Assembly: GCA_964532175.1 (NCBI GenBank)
Contig: CAZHGP010000002.1
Coordinates: forward strand, 18,908 to 65,209
Source: an uncultured Nitrososphaeria archaeon
GTDB taxonomy: Archaea; Thermoproteota; Nitrososphaeria_A; Caldarchaeales; JAVZCJ01
DNA length: 46,302 nt
Reading direction: 5' to 3'
Part shown: piece by piece, positions 44,952-46,302 of the stretch
How the letters are laid out: each line of letters starts with the position of its first letter
Numbering within the stretch: position 1 is the stretch's first letter
The notes under the pieces: generated by a model
What the model was told of the DNA's origin: nothing
Seen by the model: only the letters and a program-made list of their open reading frames with translations
Databases searched by the model: none
Translations under genes and position numbers: made by a program

Positions 44952-46076
44952 ATGTCTAATGATAATGAATTCATTGTAACTCCATGGGAAGTAAAAGGAA
45001 AAATAGATTATGATAGATTAATTAAAGATTTTGGTCTTCAACCTTTAACAGATGATTTACTTAAAAGATTAGAAAAACATACTGGTGAATTGCATTTCTT
45101 TTTAAAAAGGAAAATATTTTTTGCACATAGAGATTTAAATTGGATATTAGATGAATATGAAAAGGGAAATCAATTCTATTTATATACTGGTAGAGGACCA
45201 TCTGGTTTTACTCATATAGGCCATTTAATTCCATGGGTTTTTGCAAAATGGCTTCAAGAAAAATTTAATGCAAAGTTATATTTTCAAATAACTGATGATG
45301 AAAAATTCTTATTTAAACCAGAACTTACATTAGAAGAAATAAAAGAATTTTCTTATGAAAATATTTTAGATATTATTGCAATAGGTTTCGATCCAAATAA
45401 AACAAAGATTTTTATGGATACAGAATATATAAAAACTCTTTATAAAGAAGCAATAAAAGTAGCTAAAAAAGTAACGTTTTCAACTGTAAGAGCTGTTTTT
45501 GGTCTTGATGAAAGTTCAAATATTGGAGAAATATTCTTTACTTCATTACAATCAGTTCCTGCTTTTTTAGAATCTATTAAGCAAGGAAGAAATATTCCTT
45601 GTTTAATACCTTTAGCAGTTGATCAAGATCCTCATTTTAGAATAACTAGAGATGTAGCTCCAAAACTTGGTTTTTATAAACCAGCAATAATTCATAGTAA
45701 ATTTTTACCAAGTTTAGCTGGATTAGATAAAATGAGTTCAAGTGCTCCTCAATCATGTATATTTACTATAGATAAAGAAGAAGATGTTAAGAAAAAAATA
45801 TGGAATGCTTTTACTGGTGGAAGAGGAAATATAGAAGATCAAAGAAAATACGGTGGAAATCCAGATATATGCACTGTATATTATTATCTATATTACTTTT
45901 TTGAGAAAGATGAAAAATCTTTAAAAGAACAATATGAAAATTGCAAAAGTGGTAAACTTCTTTGTGGAGAACATAAAATATACTTAACAAAGCTTATAAT
46001 AGATTTTTTAAAGAATCATCAAAAGAATAGAGAAAAAGCTAAACAAATAGTGGATAAATTTATTTTAAGGGATTAA
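44952..46076 (+). CDS. trpS: Tryptophanyl-tRNA synthetase (archaeal/eukaryotic type)
   Basis: TGRGPSGFTHIGHLIP (HIGH) and KMSSS class I signatures. Confidence 0.9.
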   Translation: MSNDNEFIVTPWEVKGKIDYDRLIKDFGLQPLTDDLLKRLEKHTGELHFFLKRKIFFAHRDLNWILDEYEKGNQFYLYTGRGPSGFTHIGHLIPWVFAKWLQEKFNAKLYFQITDDEKFLFKPELTLEEIKEFSYENILDIIAIGFDPNKTKIFMDTEYIKTLYKEAIKVAKKVTFSTVRAVFGLDESSNIGEIFFTSLQSVPAFLESIKQGRNIPCLIPLAVDQDPHFRITRDVAPKLGFYKPAIIHSKFLPSLAGLDKMSSSAPQSCIFTIDKEEDVKKKIWNAFTGGRGNIEDQRKYGGNPDICTVYYYLYYFFEKDEKSLKEQYENCKSGKLLCGEHKIYLTKLIIDFLKNHQKNREKAKQIVDKFILRD

Positions 46077-46084
46077 TTGTATTT

Positions 46085-46302
46085 TTATATAACTTCTATA
46101 TTTTCTTCAGGTATTCCAAGTTCTGCTAGAATTTCTTTAGCTTTATATCTATGGTCTCCTTGAAGTATTATAATGCCGTTTTTATATCCTCCACCACAAG
46201 CGCAAGCTGATTTAAGTTTTGAAGCAATTTCATTTAAATCTTTTTTACTTCCATTTAATCCCTCTATAATAGTTGTTGGTCTTTTATACTTTCTTGTTTC
46301 AA
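46085..46302 (-). CDS. sui1: Translation initiation factor aSUI1/eIF1 (partial; N-terminus lies beyond the window end)
   Basis: Hand translation of the minus strand gives ...KRPTTIIEGLNGSKKDLNEIASKLKSACACGGGYKNGIIILQGDHRYKAKEILAELGIPEENIEVI, with stop at 46085-46087. Confidence 0.85.
   Translation of the reverse strand, partial: ETRKYKRPTTIIEGLNGSKKDLNEIASKLKSACACGGGYKNGIIILQGDHRYKAKEILAELGIPEENIEVI

Overview
This is a visibly AT-rich (roughly 25-30% G+C by eye) archaeal chromosomal segment made almost entirely of core information-processing genes. All calls rest on motif recognition in the supplied translations and on hand folding; no searches were run.

Layout:
- 0.7-16.4 kb (+): the archaeal ribosomal-protein supercluster. 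Order is SPOUT/DUF171-like, L3, L4, L23, L2, [S19 absent], L22, S3, L29, Rpp29, S17, L14, L24, S4e, L5, S14, S8, L6, L32e, L19e, L18, S5, L30, [Hsp20 inserted], L15, SecY, DUF106, L34e, Cmk, L14e.
- 16.4-19.9 kb (+): an AcdB-like ATP-grasp subunit, MobB and a 707-aa transaldolase-like protein.
- 19.9-24.3 kb: a two-intron tRNA-Gln(CUG), two TFB paralogs flanking a Zn-ribbon protein, a GPN-loop GTPase and a coiled-coil protein, then Gar1.
- 24.3-29.9 kb (-): SRP19, S8e, ScpB, ScpA, SMC.
- 30-39.3 kb: housekeeping enzymes (M24 peptidase, UppS, DUF373, a TFE-beta/RPC34-like wH plus Cys-cluster protein, RlmE, Trm1, PGI/PMI, THEP1 NTPase, a degenerate PGM/PMM paralog, RNase HII).
- 39.3-43 kb (-): TIP49/RuvB-like ATPase, fibrillarin, Nop5, S30e, and an unannotated C/D box sRNA.
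- 43.2-46.3 kb: PyrG, TrpRS and a partial aSUI1.

No CRISPR array, IS element or recognisable defence system is present.

The most interesting observation is that rnhB is interrupted, exactly between the R and G of the catalytic GIDEAGRGP motif, by a 30-nt in-frame insert carrying a TAG stop. The insert folds into a bulge-helix-bulge (BHB) motif whose predicted cleavage sites restore the canonical motif precisely. This makes it a candidate endonuclease-spliced intron in a protein-coding gene.

Other points:
- a D-loop plus anticodon-loop double-intron tRNA-Gln
- a C/D sRNA whose D guide matches the SSU decoding-centre heptamer
- TIP49 next to the C/D RNP genes
- a giant transaldolase-like protein
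- a catalytically dead phosphohexomutase paralog
- two rearrangements of the ribosomal operon (S19 missing, Hsp20 inserted)

The gene content (L14e, L34e, S30e, TFE-beta-like, TIP49, multi-intron tRNA) suggests a TACK/Asgard-like archaeon, but the lineage cannot be assigned from this window.
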